NCBI RefSeq assembly: GCF_027921745.1
Contig: NC_079239.1
Location: 2,914,001-2,978,000, forward strand
Direction: 5' to 3'
DNA: 64,000 bases
Origin: Schizosaccharomyces osmophilus
Lineage: Eukaryota
Notes under the pieces: generated by a model
Database searches by the model: none
What the model saw: only the letters and a program-made list of their open reading frames with translations
What the model was told of the DNA's origin: nothing
Made by a program: the position numbers and the translations under genes
Shown: positions 35,121 through 46,610 of the stretch, in pieces
Position numbering within the stretch: the first letter of the stretch is position 1
Layout of the letters: each line of letters opens with the position of its first letter

Positions 35121-37838
35121 TTAATCACGAACTTTTTCTTTCAAAAGTTGTAAGAATTGTAGATAGCTAGGAGCAGCATCGCTTCTATCTTCCACATAAT
35201 GAGAGAAGAACCATGAACGGAGCTGAGGATCACCATCGCCACGCACAAGGTATAAACTAGGTTGGATAGTCGTACCCTTATCTAAAGAGCGCAATTTACT
35301 AAGAATAGCATGCATCCTAGTGTTAAGGGGATTTTCCAAAATTGGTAAGCTGAATCTTCCGGCCTTTAATTCTGCGATAGAAGATACACCAAAAGCATCC
35401 GTAGCCAGCTGAGGTACAGCATCTTTACCGATGTACAAAAATTGTTGGAAGTGAGTATCCAGCAAATAAAGTCCAAAGGATTGCATGATGGCCGAGGTAA
35501 GATTCAAAGCAGGTGGCAGAATGACACCATCCTCACCTACAGTTCCGGCCTCTATAGGCATGTCATGAAGGCTGTATAACGTGGGATGAACATAGCGTGT
35601 TAATAAAGATGTAGGTAAAGTGCTCAAGTTGCATAAGGCGATCGAACGTAAGTCAGAAGGAATATGGCTGGATTTTCGGAAACCAGTATGTTTTATCAAA
35701 CCCAAGCAAAGCAAAGGCAGCAACTTTAAGTTTGTACTGATCTGCAAAGGAAGAGCTGCACCGGTGTTCTGACCAGCCAGATTCTTCTTGTAGACTTCAA
35801 GAATTTCAACTAACTTGTTGGTAATTCCGTCACGAGCATCGCTCAAATTGGACGAAAGTGCTTTTTCGGCAGCTCTCATTGTAAGGATATGCATCATTGC
35901 TAATTGATCAGCAGAAGCATACAACTCAGTTAAGCTGTTGGTTACCGGTAACGACAAAGTGACAACGCGAATTCTTCTCTCACCGCTGGCGGTAGTATGC
36001 AAAATTGCAGCTTGGAAGGAAGCAAAGGGCTTTGTAATTGTGTCTTCTATGGCCGCCTCAATTACATAACACTGATCGCGTGGGAAACTCGGGAATGCAC
36101 AGAGATCGCTAGAACGATTGAAAAAGTTACCATAAAAAGAAGACATACGAATGCCACTGGATCCGCGGACACGCATGACAGCTTCCAAGGCTATTTCTGA
36201 GCTGAGATAATCACTCAATTCCGAAGCAAATTTCAAAGCATCTTCGCCGCGAGAGGCATTCCAACGGTAATAGAATTGAGTCTTACCAGCCGTGTAACGA
36301 GGCAAGCAGCTAAGAGTAGCAACATCCTGGTATTGAGAAGAGAAAAGGAACATATCCACGGAGATCTGGTTTGTAGAACATTCAACAGCAAAGGATTTAT
36401 AGAATGTGTCTTGGTGATGAAGCAAATTGGATTCGCGATTGGTTCCCAGAATTTTTGGATCCTCACGTAAACCAAGTTTACCGAAACCAACGTTTGGAAG
36501 ACTCGAAACAAAGCAGCTTATTTTACCACCAACGTTCTCAATAAGCTGTTCAGCAGCTTTAAGGGCAGGACCGAGAGCATTGCTAGAATCACGAGTGGAA
36601 GCAAACATACTATTGAATTTGCTAAGTAGGTTTTCAATTCCTTGTCGGCATTCACGTAAGTTGAGAAGCAAGTCTTGATTACGAGGCAAGAAGGGATCTT
36701 CAATATCGGAAACAACCATCTGGGATGCTTCTTCAGCTCCAGGAGCGATAGAGAAGAAATGAAGAGAACTATCAACACCAATAAATGCGACCTGCGTGCG
36801 ACCTTCCTTGTTGGGAATTCGATCCAACGATTCAAGGATTGTACGAGTAGCAGTAGCTACCATACCAGAAGATATAGAGATAAAAGAAACGTCAATTAAA
36901 AAGACATAAATGAGAGGTTGAGGAGGACGGACCATATATTCTTGTGGAGCCAAAAAGTCAACGACGGCATAGTTAAGTTCAGGACGTTGCCATCTATCTC
37001 TTTGGATATTCCTGAAGCTGTCCCAATCATAAGACTGAGGTACTTCGTTCACAATACCACAAGAGTTGCATCTATAGCGGTGTCCATTGTCGATAAAAAT
37101 ACTGAAAGGATTGATATACATGCGGCATCTACGACATCTAGAAATAATAGTGTCACTGACTACCGGAACAGGATCGTCTTCCTCGAGCAACGAGGTATAG
37201 GGACGTAAAACAATGGCAAAAGGAAGTTTGGATTTCTTGAGAAGACTATTCGTATTAGGGACAGCCTTTAGAGATGTGCGCATGTATTTAGGAGGACAGT
37301 TGGAAGTTTCAGCTTGAGTTGCCGAAAAAGTCAATGGCAAATTGATAGGAGGTGGCGGAGCATATAGTTCTGAGACGTCTGGCGTTTGATTGTATAAATC
37401 AATAGACACGAGCTCGGAAGTAGGCATCGCAGCAGCATTTGGATCAGGACCCAAATTTACGTTACCCATCTGAGTAGCCAATGTATTCGGTACTGCTTCA
37501 GGATAAGGGGACAAGGTAGGAGTACGAGCCATTACATATGAGGGCTCAGATACAGGTGGAGGGGTCATGGGAACGGTTTGAGAGTTCGTAAGTTCAAAAA
37601 TTTCTGCAGGATATTGACGTCGAGAGCGATGAGCTCCTCCCGTAGGGGGTGCAGCAGGAGCTGTACCAGCTGCAGGTATTCCTGCCATCCCTTCAGCAGG
37701 CATTGCTGCTATTCCTTCGGATGGTGATTGTGTCATACCAGCTACATATGGAGGTTGTGCGACAGCAGGACCAGTTCCAGGATACCCACTATACGCTCCA
37801 TACGCATTTCTCCCATCATAAGCATCACCAGCATTCAT
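35121..37838 (-). CDS. sec24: COPII cargo receptor Sec24
   Basis: Zinc finger RCRRCRMYINPF...CNSC, trunk YVFLIDVS, GERRIRV, gelsolin-like C-terminus. Confidence 0.95.
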   Translation of the reverse strand: MNAGDAYDGRNAYGAYSGYPGTGPAVAQPPYVAGMTQSPSEGIAAMPAEGMAGIPAAGTAPAAPPTGGAHRSRRQYPAEIFELTNSQTVPMTPPPVSEPSYVMARTPTLSPYPEAVPNTLATQMGNVNLGPDPNAAAMPTSELVSIDLYNQTPDVSELYAPPPPINLPLTFSATQAETSNCPPKYMRTSLKAVPNTNSLLKKSKLPFAIVLRPYTSLLEEDDPVPVVSDTIISRCRRCRMYINPFSIFIDNGHRYRCNSCGIVNEVPQSYDWDSFRNIQRDRWQRPELNYAVVDFLAPQEYMVRPPQPLIYVFLIDVSFISISSGMVATATRTILESLDRIPNKEGRTQVAFIGVDSSLHFFSIAPGAEEASQMVVSDIEDPFLPRNQDLLLNLRECRQGIENLLSKFNSMFASTRDSSNALGPALKAAEQLIENVGGKISCFVSSLPNVGFGKLGLREDPKILGTNRESNLLHHQDTFYKSFAVECSTNQISVDMFLFSSQYQDVATLSCLPRYTAGKTQFYYRWNASRGEDALKFASELSDYLSSEIALEAVMRVRGSSGIRMSSFYGNFFNRSSDLCAFPSFPRDQCYVIEAAIEDTITKPFASFQAAILHTTASGERRIRVVTLSLPVTNSLTELYASADQLAMMHILTMRAAEKALSSNLSDARDGITNKLVEILEVYKKNLAGQNTGAALPLQISTNLKLLPLLCLGLIKHTGFRKSSHIPSDLRSIALCNLSTLPTSLLTRYVHPTLYSLHDMPIEAGTVGEDGVILPPALNLTSAIMQSFGLYLLDTHFQQFLYIGKDAVPQLATDAFGVSSIAELKAGRFSLPILENPLNTRMHAILSKLRSLDKGTTIQPSLYLVRGDGDPQLRSWFFSHYVEDRSDAAPSYLQFLQLLKEKVRD

Positions 37839-38592
37839 AATGTCTTGATTCTTTCCTTTTATTTACTGTCGTGAATCAGATACTCTGAGCGATCACCCTT
37901 TTCTAGAGGAACCGTACACTTCTTTGTATTAACGGTAACTTTCTTCTATTAATCTCCTCTATTTTAAAATTATGAGCCGAATAGCTGCAGCGGTTACCAC
38001 CAGTAGTCGATGTGATAGTGTGTGAATGGTAAATGCTTCAACCGACGGGGGAAGCTTGTCTGAGCGAATAAGGACGTTTTTTGTACTTCGTTACAGTATT
38101 TACCGCACAGTTTATATTATTATTATAATGCATACCGATACTTTGTGATACATAACGTGCAGAAATGTAAACAAACATTTCAGTGAAAAATAAAAAATTT
38201 TGATTTAGATTGAATTTTGTCAATTACTTCTTTTTAAATATACAATGAAAAGTATAATTGTTTTGGATATATGAAGGATTGTTTCTTTATTAGTTTTGGT
38301 TTAGCTATATGCCAGTTCTGTTCACATAGTAACCGTTTCAAGGAGAACATTAACAATTAGAAGAAATTGATTTATGGTTAACAACTTCCAAAACCAAGCT
38401 GTAAAATTTATCAATAATTATATGGGGTGTAATGAAAAACTGCTGTTGTCTACAGGATACTCAAAAGTTCATGGTACTTGAAATAACGCGAGCGTAATTT
38501 ATATGCTTGCTGTGATAGTCAACTGTCTATTTGTTTGCTTATTTAATTTATGGAAATATCTTTCGTAAAGTGAAAGCTGGTTGAATGCGCTG

Positions 38593-40282
38593 ATGTATGT
38601 TTACGGCGAGCAAAGTATAACAGGCGATCTTTTAGAAGCTGAAGAGACTAATACGGAAGATGGAGGATTCAATTTTTCCGACGAGGATCATCCTGAGTCA
38701 TATTCACCTGAAGCTGAAACTCTTGCTTTAAGTTTTGAGAGAGAATCCTCTTTGGAAAACAGTAGTACAGCATCGCCAGAACAAACGTTATCACCTATCG
38801 ATGAATTAAACTCCAATAAACATTACAGACCGAATTATGGACGTCGAAATGCACAGTTTACTCCAAGGTGCTGGAAATTGCTTATTGAACTGATCCGAGA
38901 AACTATGGAAACATCAAACTTAACCTTTGAAGATGCAAGAGAATCCCTTTGGAAATCAAGGCGTATACCAAAAATATTTCAGAAAGTAATTGTTCACTTT
39001 CGTACGTTCTTCAGTCTATCAAAACAACGTTAACCAATATCGAAATCTTTAGGGGTCGAAATACCAGGTATAACCAGAAGGACTCTGCATCGTCATCTTC
39101 GAGGATATTTTCACGTTCCTGGTTTCTCCCAGTTTGGCTATGTGGATTCAAATATATCTGGAACTTGGGGTGTAAAAGAAGCAGAATTGGTTGAGACTCA
39201 TATAACCCGTTTCCAAGAGGTAAATACTTCAGCTTTACTTTCTCCTTTAATATTCTTCTAATATATTAACAGGAAAAAAATCTCTCCGAGCACGAGTTTT
39301 GTGAATTGATTTGGGCTAATGATTATACAATGGAAATCGATCAGCTGTATAATACAATAGGTAAGTTGATGCATTTGTTTTGTTTTATTGATTAATTCGT
39401 TGCTAGTGGATGAACTTGAACGAGATAAAAAAAGTGTTCAAGGTTTTGTTCGCCGAAAATATTACCCTTTTTTGCATAGAAACTCTTGGACGTTAGAGGA
39501 AGAGGAACAATTGAAAAGGTACAATTATATACTCCAAGACAGAATGTAATCGATATACTGACAAAAGCAGCCTTGTCAAGACCCACGGTAAGTTATGGTC
39601 AAAAATTGGTCAAATTCTCAATCGACGTCCCATGCAGTGTCGAGATCATTGGCGAGATTATATTCAGTGTGGAAGCGTTCGTCATTCTCCTTGGACAGAA
39701 GATGAGTCCAAAAGACTCTTAGCATTCGTGTCGGAATGCAAACAGCAATCTTCCCTAATACCAATTCAGTGGGAACTTATTGCCAAAAAGCTCAAAAACA
39801 GACATAGACATCATTGCAAATCGAGATTCTATTCCCTTCTGAAGAGTACTTCTGATAAAGAACTCTTGTTTTATCCGGGTGATAATATATGGATGATACA
39901 AAGGTAATGAAAGACAGACTGATTCACAAAGCGAGACGAAAAAAGGTAATAGGGTGATACTAACAGTTTAAGGATCAAAGAAATGGGCATCGAAAAAGAA
40001 GAACTGATTGATTGGAATCAGATATCAGACCTTTCAGGCCAATTTTGGACTTCAAAAGCTTGCGCGAAGCAATTCAAAAAGATAAAAAAATGCTTATTTG
40101 TGAACAATAAAGATATCTTTCCTGGTAAGTACCTTTTGTTAGTGATTTTAATTTCATCTAACGTGGATTCAGTTTTGATTCAGAGATTACTAGACGTGTT
40201 TCAATGTGCCGAGTCTGAAAACTTACCTTCTCATCTATACATGAACCAAAATGCTCCTTTCCCTGGTTCTTATAACGCTTAA
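38593..40282 (+). CDS. rtf1: Myb-domain replication termination factor Rtf1 (Reb1 family), 7 exons; start uncertain
   Basis: Six GT-AG introns (first three 39002-39052, 39220-39272, 39361-39406) give a continuous frame with Myb repeats WTLEEEEQL, WSKIG...RRPMQCRDHWRD, WTEDESKRL, WELIAKKLKNR. Confidence 0.8.
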
Positions 40283-40464
40283 GAAGAGTTCGACGTTCTA
40301 TAGGCAATCTATATTTTCTTGCTTGCTTACACGACCATAAGCAAATAAATCGAATTTCTCCATTTTCACTATTTTATTCATAATAGATATATAAAATATA
40401 TAAATAAATAACCTTTCTATCTTGGGAAGCGTTCTTTTAACTTAATAAAGATAAAAACAAAAAG

Positions 40465-40547
40465 TGGAGACGCCGGGAATCGAACCCGGGACCTTTTCAA
40501 GTTGCGAATTATGCGAATGAAACGTTATACCCCTAAACCACATCCCC
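40465..40547 (-). tRNA. tRNA-Ala(CGC) with 11-nt intron
   Basis: GGGGATG/CGTCTCC acceptor stem with G3:U70; anticodon arm TTTCA-TTCGCA[intron 40511-40501]T-TGAAA; GGTTCGATTCC B box; downstream T-run. Confidence 0.93.
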
Positions 40548-41111
40548 AATTGTATGTTTGTAGAAAATTTATGCCATATATATAGACACGCTATTTAAAC
40601 ATACACACTGTAATTTGTAGCATAAAAATGAGAAGGATGGGCAAGTTACTAGGGCTATTTAGAGTGGAATTTTTTCTAGAACAATGTAAGGAATTTTTAG
40701 AGAAAAAAAAAACAGAAAGACTTTCTTTCTAGTGCCAAATTCTATGGCGGTATTCATTGAAAGCAAGGATCGGCGAAACGACAACTAGCATCGCTTGCCT
40801 TTTGCATTTCGTAAGAAAAACGAAAAAAATAAATTCTAACATCCATTGTTTGTTGATACGTTCTGATTTTACTTTGTTTTTCTTTTTTCATTTCATCTTT
40901 GCTAAAACAAAGTCCAAACGATGCTTTAATGTATTTAAAGTTGCGAGATATTTCACCACCAAAACACCCGAAAATCACCATCAAAGAATGTTCAGTCATA
41001 TAACTTCCGATCTCAGTTGCATACGTTGTAATATTAGTCATTTTTTAATTTAATAATTTTTTTCATCTATACATTGTTGAATTTGCATTGGAATTGATTA
41101 TCCTCATTGGT

Positions 41112-42221
41112 ATGGCGCCTCCTGTTCCCCAGGTTCCAAAAAAACCTATTGGAAGGTATCGACCTAGACAAGATGATCTAGAGGAAAGTGCAAGTGATTC
41201 TTCTTCAAGTGAATATGAAGAAGAACCTCTTTCTCCTCCTGCAGCTTCGGCTCCTCCTGCTGAATCTGTCCCAAATAACAAGTCTAAAGATGTCCAACCA
41301 TCATTAGCACAAGCTGTGAGAGTACCACCGAAACCGCAAATTCCTTCTAGTTTTGAAAGGTCCAATTTAGATAACGAGTCTGCATCAGAATATGAAACGG
41401 ATGAAGAAGAATCAGCGACAATGCCCAACCATGATGACGCAGAAGAAGAAAGCGAATCGGAAACTAGCTCTGGATCTGAAGATTCTGACGAAGATGAAAT
41501 GGACCGTAGGAGACAACTTTTGCTTACTGCACCGAAGTTTGTCGGTAAAGGCACGAAAAGTCAAACGAAAGCCGACAATTCCTCAGAGAATATAGAAAAG
41601 GATCGCAAGCAACTATCTCAAAAGATTCTAGAAGAGACAATACAGAAAGAAATGAAACAAAGGGAAATGGAAAAAACGAACGAATTGTTAAAAGATGTCG
41701 ACGATACAGATGGGTTAGACCCACAAAGCGAATACGAAGCTTGGCAAGTAAGAAGTTTACGAAGGAAGAAGCGTGATAAGGAAAATCTTTTGGCTCTTGA
41801 AAAAGAAAGAATGTCGATAGAGGAAAGACGCTTAATGGATCCCGAAGAAAGAGAAAAATTGGATAGACAAGAAGCTGAAGAAAGCCGCCAAGGAAAGAAA
41901 AAGAAACCAGTTCAGTTTCTACAAAAGTTTTACCACAGAGGTGCATTTTATCAAGACCAAGACATTGTTCGAAATCGAGACTACTCTGAAGCAGCCGAAG
42001 GTGAAATCCAGCACAAAGAAACTTTACCCAAAGCCATGCAAGTTCGTGGAAATACGTTTGGTATGGCTGGACAAACAAGATGGACTCACTTGGCAAACGA
42101 AGATACCAGTAAAACTGGATCTGCTTGGAGTAACCCAAAGAATCCCCTGGTTCACAAAACTTTACAACGCTTAGGTGGCCTACATTCCGACGAGTTACCC
42201 AAAAAGAGGAAGAAGTACTAG
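41112..42221 (+). CDS. saf3: Spliceosome-associated MFAP1/Spp381 family protein Saf3
   Basis: Motifs VDDTDGLDPQSEYEAWQVR, FLQKFYHRGAFY, FGMAGQTRWTHLANEDT. Confidence 0.9.
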   Translation: MAPPVPQVPKKPIGRYRPRQDDLEESASDSSSSEYEEEPLSPPAASAPPAESVPNNKSKDVQPSLAQAVRVPPKPQIPSSFERSNLDNESASEYETDEEESATMPNHDDAEEESESETSSGSEDSDEDEMDRRRQLLLTAPKFVGKGTKSQTKADNSSENIEKDRKQLSQKILEETIQKEMKQREMEKTNELLKDVDDTDGLDPQSEYEAWQVRSLRRKKRDKENLLALEKERMSIEERRLMDPEEREKLDRQEAEESRQGKKKKPVQFLQKFYHRGAFYQDQDIVRNRDYSEAAEGEIQHKETLPKAMQVRGNTFGMAGQTRWTHLANEDTSKTGSAWSNPKNPLVHKTLQRLGGLHSDELPKKRKKY

Positions 42222-42406
42222 AGCATCCCAACTGAAAAAAAATTAATTAATCCTCTATAAACTGTATAATATGATTCTTCTTATGCCTTTTGTTTACACT
42301 TCCAAGCTTGTGCATTACCCTTCCCGGGTCTATGTATATGGCAGACCCTGAATTTTGAGAACTTCCTAACTTGAGGTTATTTCCTCAAATCTATAAAATA
42401 ATCAAT

Positions 42407-42992
42407 ATGCTGAAACGAAGCCCGCTTTCAACACTAATAAAAGGAATTAGTAGTCTTTCCATGAGAAGCCCGATTCCAATTTGGCATGTATCTGCTTCTC
42501 CGGTCATTACTCCCAAGTACAATATACCTACAGTTCCGACAACTTCGCATGTTTCTCACAGGCGTATGTTTTATTGACTTGCTTTCTAAAATTATACTAA
42601 CATTCGATGAAGAGATTGCTCGCGCCAACTTTTTCGCTGGGTACAGACCTTTAGCTCCTAGCGACGTTTCAAAACCCGAATCAGTGCCTGATACAAATCT
42701 TTTCTCTATAAAACAGGTGGGCAACGATTCCCAAAAGTCTGACGAGTATGTTTTGTCAATGGAAAATGGCGTACTCCACGCCCAAGCTCTCTCTCCAACA
42801 GGTAAAGTTACAGAATCTCTTCCTGTCCGTATATCCTCTCAAGTATGGGAGCAACTCTGCGATACTATAATATCCACTACTCCTATAAGCTTGACGAGCG
42901 TGAAACGGAAAAGGAAGCTGAAGATGAACAAGCATAAGTACAAAAAGCGTATGAGAAAACAACGAGCCTTGCGTAAACGCTTGGGTAAATAA
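42407..42992 (+). CDS. cox24: Mitochondrial ribosomal protein mS38/Cox24, 2 exons
   Basis: Presequence-like N-terminus; intron 42564-42612; C-terminal SVKRKRKLKMNKHKYKKRMRKQR. Confidence 0.88.
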
Positions 42993-44005
42993 ACGGTGTT
43001 ATTCCTTTTTTGACCTTCTTTTACGTTGCCATGGCAAAAATACTTACATGCATATAATTACATGTTTTGAGTGGAATAAATGATCAAGTTTTATTGTGTA
43101 TACAAAGGATTGAAAGCTGTGGTGCTATCTTTGTTGTAGACGCCAGCTAGATCTCAAGTCCGTTATTGAGACTTCTGGTGATTTACTTGGCTTTCCAGCA
43201 AATTTCGTATTTTGGTTAATTTTCTGAACGATAACACACAGTTATAACCCTATGTTCATGTCGTTGCCGGTTTTTCCTAAGATACTCAATACAGTGAATA
43301 GCAATTCAAAATCCGTCATATTCTAGTAAACTTCTTTTAGACAAAGAATGAAGTAGTAGCCTCTTAAAGCTAAATCGAAGCAAAAAGTGAAGAGTAAATT
43401 GCTTCTTGGCTTCTGTCAGAAGGAAGGAAGGATGTAAAGTGACCCAGAACAAGATGTCGTAGTGCGTCTTCTAGCAAAGTGAACAATCTCCCAAAATTCA
43501 TATCCAAAAGATGCATTGAGCATAGAATGACAAGTGCGACTTCAGAATTCGGATTCCATTAGGAATCCTTCTTACAACTACTGCGAATGGTAGGAATTAA
43601 TGTTGTTTTCTAGAGTCAAGGCTTGGAATAGCATCTGGTAGAACCAAATAGTACCCTCACTAATCACCTTTTGTAAATGGCCCTGTTGGTCTCTACTTCA
43701 AACTTCACAACGTATCAAACATAAAGAATGAATAGTTCCTGTGAAAAACCACTGTAGAAACTTGCAACATGGTTACCACCATCAGAGCATCCGTTTTCTC
43801 GAAGGGAAACGCAATCGAAGGGAAATTAGCAGATCTCTTACGCAAATTTACATTTGTTTTATTCAAAAGCAATTGAATAACAAGAATACTACTTTCTTGA
43901 ATCGAACCAAAACAGCTGTAATATAATATATCATTATATAGTTGTAGTAATATAATAAAGACATTGGTCCTTCCTTGGTCAGTATACCAAAGGGTCTTGA
44001 ATGAA

Positions 44006-45064
44006 ATGCTATCTGTGGAAGAGCAAAATCACTGCTTTGTTCCAGTTCGAAGAATATTAAACAACGATGACTTAAACCTATTTCGAGAAGGAGAGGCCTA
44101 TCGCTTAATCGATTCGTTTATTTGCGACCTCAATGAAAGTGTTCAAGACAAGCCAATTTCAGCAGAGGTAGAGTTGAGTCCGTCTGTCGCGTACATTCTG
44201 TTGATACTGAAAAGAGTCGAAGAAATCCACAATTTGAATCCCCCTGTGGAAAACAAAGGTTCTCGTTTCGGAAACCCAGCATTCGAGTCCTTTTACGATC
44301 AAGTCGAATGCGAAACTCCTACGCTACACGCAGCATTCAAAATAGAGGAAAACGCAATTGCAGAGGCTGGAAAGTATTTTTACGAGAGTTTTGGTAATAG
44401 AAGGAGAATCGACTATGGTAGTGGTCATGAACTCAATTTTATGACTTGGCTTCTTGCCTTGCGAAGATTAGAAATCATCGCGAAAGAAGATTATCCCGCT
44501 ATTGTCCTTCGGGTTTTCGTACGCTATATTCACTTGATGAGGTTGATACAGTCAACCTACTTCTTGGAGCCTGCAGGTTCGCATGGCGTCTGGGGATTAG
44601 ATGATTTTCACTTTCTCCCTTTCCTTTTTGGTTCTTCTCAATTGGTACATCACAAGTATTTACGTCCGAAGCATATACGTGATCCCGAAATCCTCGAAAT
44701 GTGCGGCGACGACTATATGTATATGGGATACGTTCGCTTCATTAATGAACTGAAACCAGATGTTTCGCTGCGATTTCATTCCCCTATGATTGACGATATT
44801 TCTGGCGTCAAGACATGGGCAAAGGTCAACGAAGGTATGATAAAAATGTACCGTGCCGAAGTTCTTTCTAAGCTACCTATTATGCAACATTACTTATTTG
44901 GAAATTTGATTCCAGCAACACCTTCCATGTCCGCGGCTCCTCAAGAAGGAGAGGACGCAGAAGCCAGCCATATGCATTCGACGTACGCAGACTGTTGTGG
45001 AATTAAGGTCCCTAGTGCAATTGCTGCATCAAAAATCGGCTGGCGCCGTATGCCGTTTGACTAA
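44006..45064 (+). CDS. ypa2: PP2A activator (PTPA family) Ypa2/Pta2
   Basis: Motifs SRFGNPAF, FGNRRRIDYGSGHELNF, LEPAGSHGVWGLDDFHFLPF, EVLSKLPIMQH. Confidence 0.92.
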   Translation: MLSVEEQNHCFVPVRRILNNDDLNLFREGEAYRLIDSFICDLNESVQDKPISAEVELSPSVAYILLILKRVEEIHNLNPPVENKGSRFGNPAFESFYDQVECETPTLHAAFKIEENAIAEAGKYFYESFGNRRRIDYGSGHELNFMTWLLALRRLEIIAKEDYPAIVLRVFVRYIHLMRLIQSTYFLEPAGSHGVWGLDDFHFLPFLFGSSQLVHHKYLRPKHIRDPEILEMCGDDYMYMGYVRFINELKPDVSLRFHSPMIDDISGVKTWAKVNEGMIKMYRAEVLSKLPIMQHYLFGNLIPATPSMSAAPQEGEDAEASHMHSTYADCCGIKVPSAIAASKIGWRRMPFD

Positions 45065-45464
45065 ATATTCGTTACGTTACAATTTTAGATGACAAAGTAT
45101 ACCTTTTCCTATTTAGATATAGATATTTATTTTATAAATTGTGTTCCATCCTATTTTTATTTGATGAGTTTCCACAAAATTGGTGCTTTTCCGTGCAACT
45201 CCCCTTTATGAGTGCACCTGCTTGAAAACATAATTAAGCATTTGCTACGAATAGTTTAATAAAACAAGGAATAACCATTTTATTTCGCAAACAGTTATAC
45301 GGATAAAGCATCAAAGACCTAATGATATTAAACACATAAAAATGGATCATAAAGAAGAGGGAACAGTAGACTACCGGCTATATAAGAAACCATATACTTG
45401 ATTACTGTAAAGTACAGCAAATTTTTAATACAAAAAAAAAAGATAGCTTCCAAGTCCTCCCACT

Positions 45465-46325
45465 TTAAGGATTCAAATTCAAAAGAAATCCGCTAGATGA
45501 TCCTGACGTTTCACTACCAGGTGCGCTAGACCTTCCACCAAAAGGAAGATAAGTAACTTGAGAGCCCTTCTCAGCAAGAGCTGAGGCAATTTGTTTGCTT
45601 GTCTCTAAGGTACGAATTTGGATCAAAGCATTACCAGCCTTATCAAGAGATTTCGAGACTATATCGGCTGCTTCAGCTTCACCTTCAGCACGAAGAATAT
45701 TGGCCTGTTTCTCTTGCTCAGCTTGTTCGACTAAAAAGCGGGCTCGTTCAGCTTCTTGTTGAGCAATCTGTTTTCGTTCAACAGCCTTAGTAAACTCTTT
45801 ACCGAAAGTCATGTGAGTAATGGAAACATCTTCCAAACGAATACCAAATTCAGTGGCTCTTTGAACAAGTTCCTGGCGAATCTTAGCTGATACAACCTCA
45901 CGTTGAGTAATAAGTTCAGCGGCGTCAAATTGAGCAACCACGGATTTCAGAATTTCATTACCAATTGAAGGAAGCACACGTTCATCGTAATCCAGGCCAA
46001 GGTTTTGGTAAATTTGAGGAAGCATACCAATCTCAGGACGATGTAACACTCGAAGAGTCAATGATACCATTTGCAAGTCTTTACTACCTGTCGTTGTAGC
46101 AATGTTCCTGGGGCGTGTTCGGACATCATACACAATGGACTTTTGAACCCAAGGGACTAAGAAGTGGGTGCCTTCTTGAACAACCTGTTTTTGAACACCT
46201 GAAAGTCGGTCAAACAATACTGCTCTTTTTCCGCCGGGCACATCATAAATTGAAGACTGGAGCAAGGTAAATCCAATACTGATTGGAATTGCATATTTTG
46301 CTATTCTTTCTACTGCTAAAGCCAT
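45465..46325 (-). CDS. phb1: Prohibitin Phb1
   Basis: SPFH domain: YDVPGGKRAVLFDR, TGSKDLQMV, DYDERVLPSIGNE, VAQFDAAELITQRE. Confidence 0.95.
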   Translation of the reverse strand: MALAVERIAKYAIPISIGFTLLQSSIYDVPGGKRAVLFDRLSGVQKQVVQEGTHFLVPWVQKSIVYDVRTRPRNIATTTGSKDLQMVSLTLRVLHRPEIGMLPQIYQNLGLDYDERVLPSIGNEILKSVVAQFDAAELITQREVVSAKIRQELVQRATEFGIRLEDVSITHMTFGKEFTKAVERKQIAQQEAERARFLVEQAEQEKQANILRAEGEAEAADIVSKSLDKAGNALIQIRTLETSKQIASALAEKGSQVTYLPFGGRSSAPGSETSGSSSGFLLNLNP

Positions 46326-46610
46326 TTTTAACGAACTCTCCCTCTTTTGCAAGTACTTGATGTTTGGCAGAGGTTAACTACCAATACCTCAGGTAGGAGT
46401 ACCAGTGGAAATCAGTCTTTTCTTCGGAAACTTGAAAATAAATAACTAAGAATTAATTAAATATTAAAAATAAAATCTTATACGAATTTAGTATACAAAT
46501 TAAATATCATTTCTTCAGGTTGCCCTTCTCTCGTCTGGGTTCACCGTTAATTACCCTTTCCATATACCTTTACGGATTTCGAAACTTCACGAATTGACTT
46601 AATTAGCAAA

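Noticed and set aside
41524..42231. 235-aa antisense ORF over saf3, plus similar antisense or alternate-frame ORFs over pdc1, sec24, clp1, nhp2 and arp2
   Set aside because: Shadows of real coding sequences with no recognisable motifs.
43551..43568. 7-bp hairpin GGATTCC-ATTA-GGAATCC in the 1-kb cox24-ypa2 gap
   Set aside because: Isolated short stem compatible with chance; no supporting ORF or ncRNA motif.
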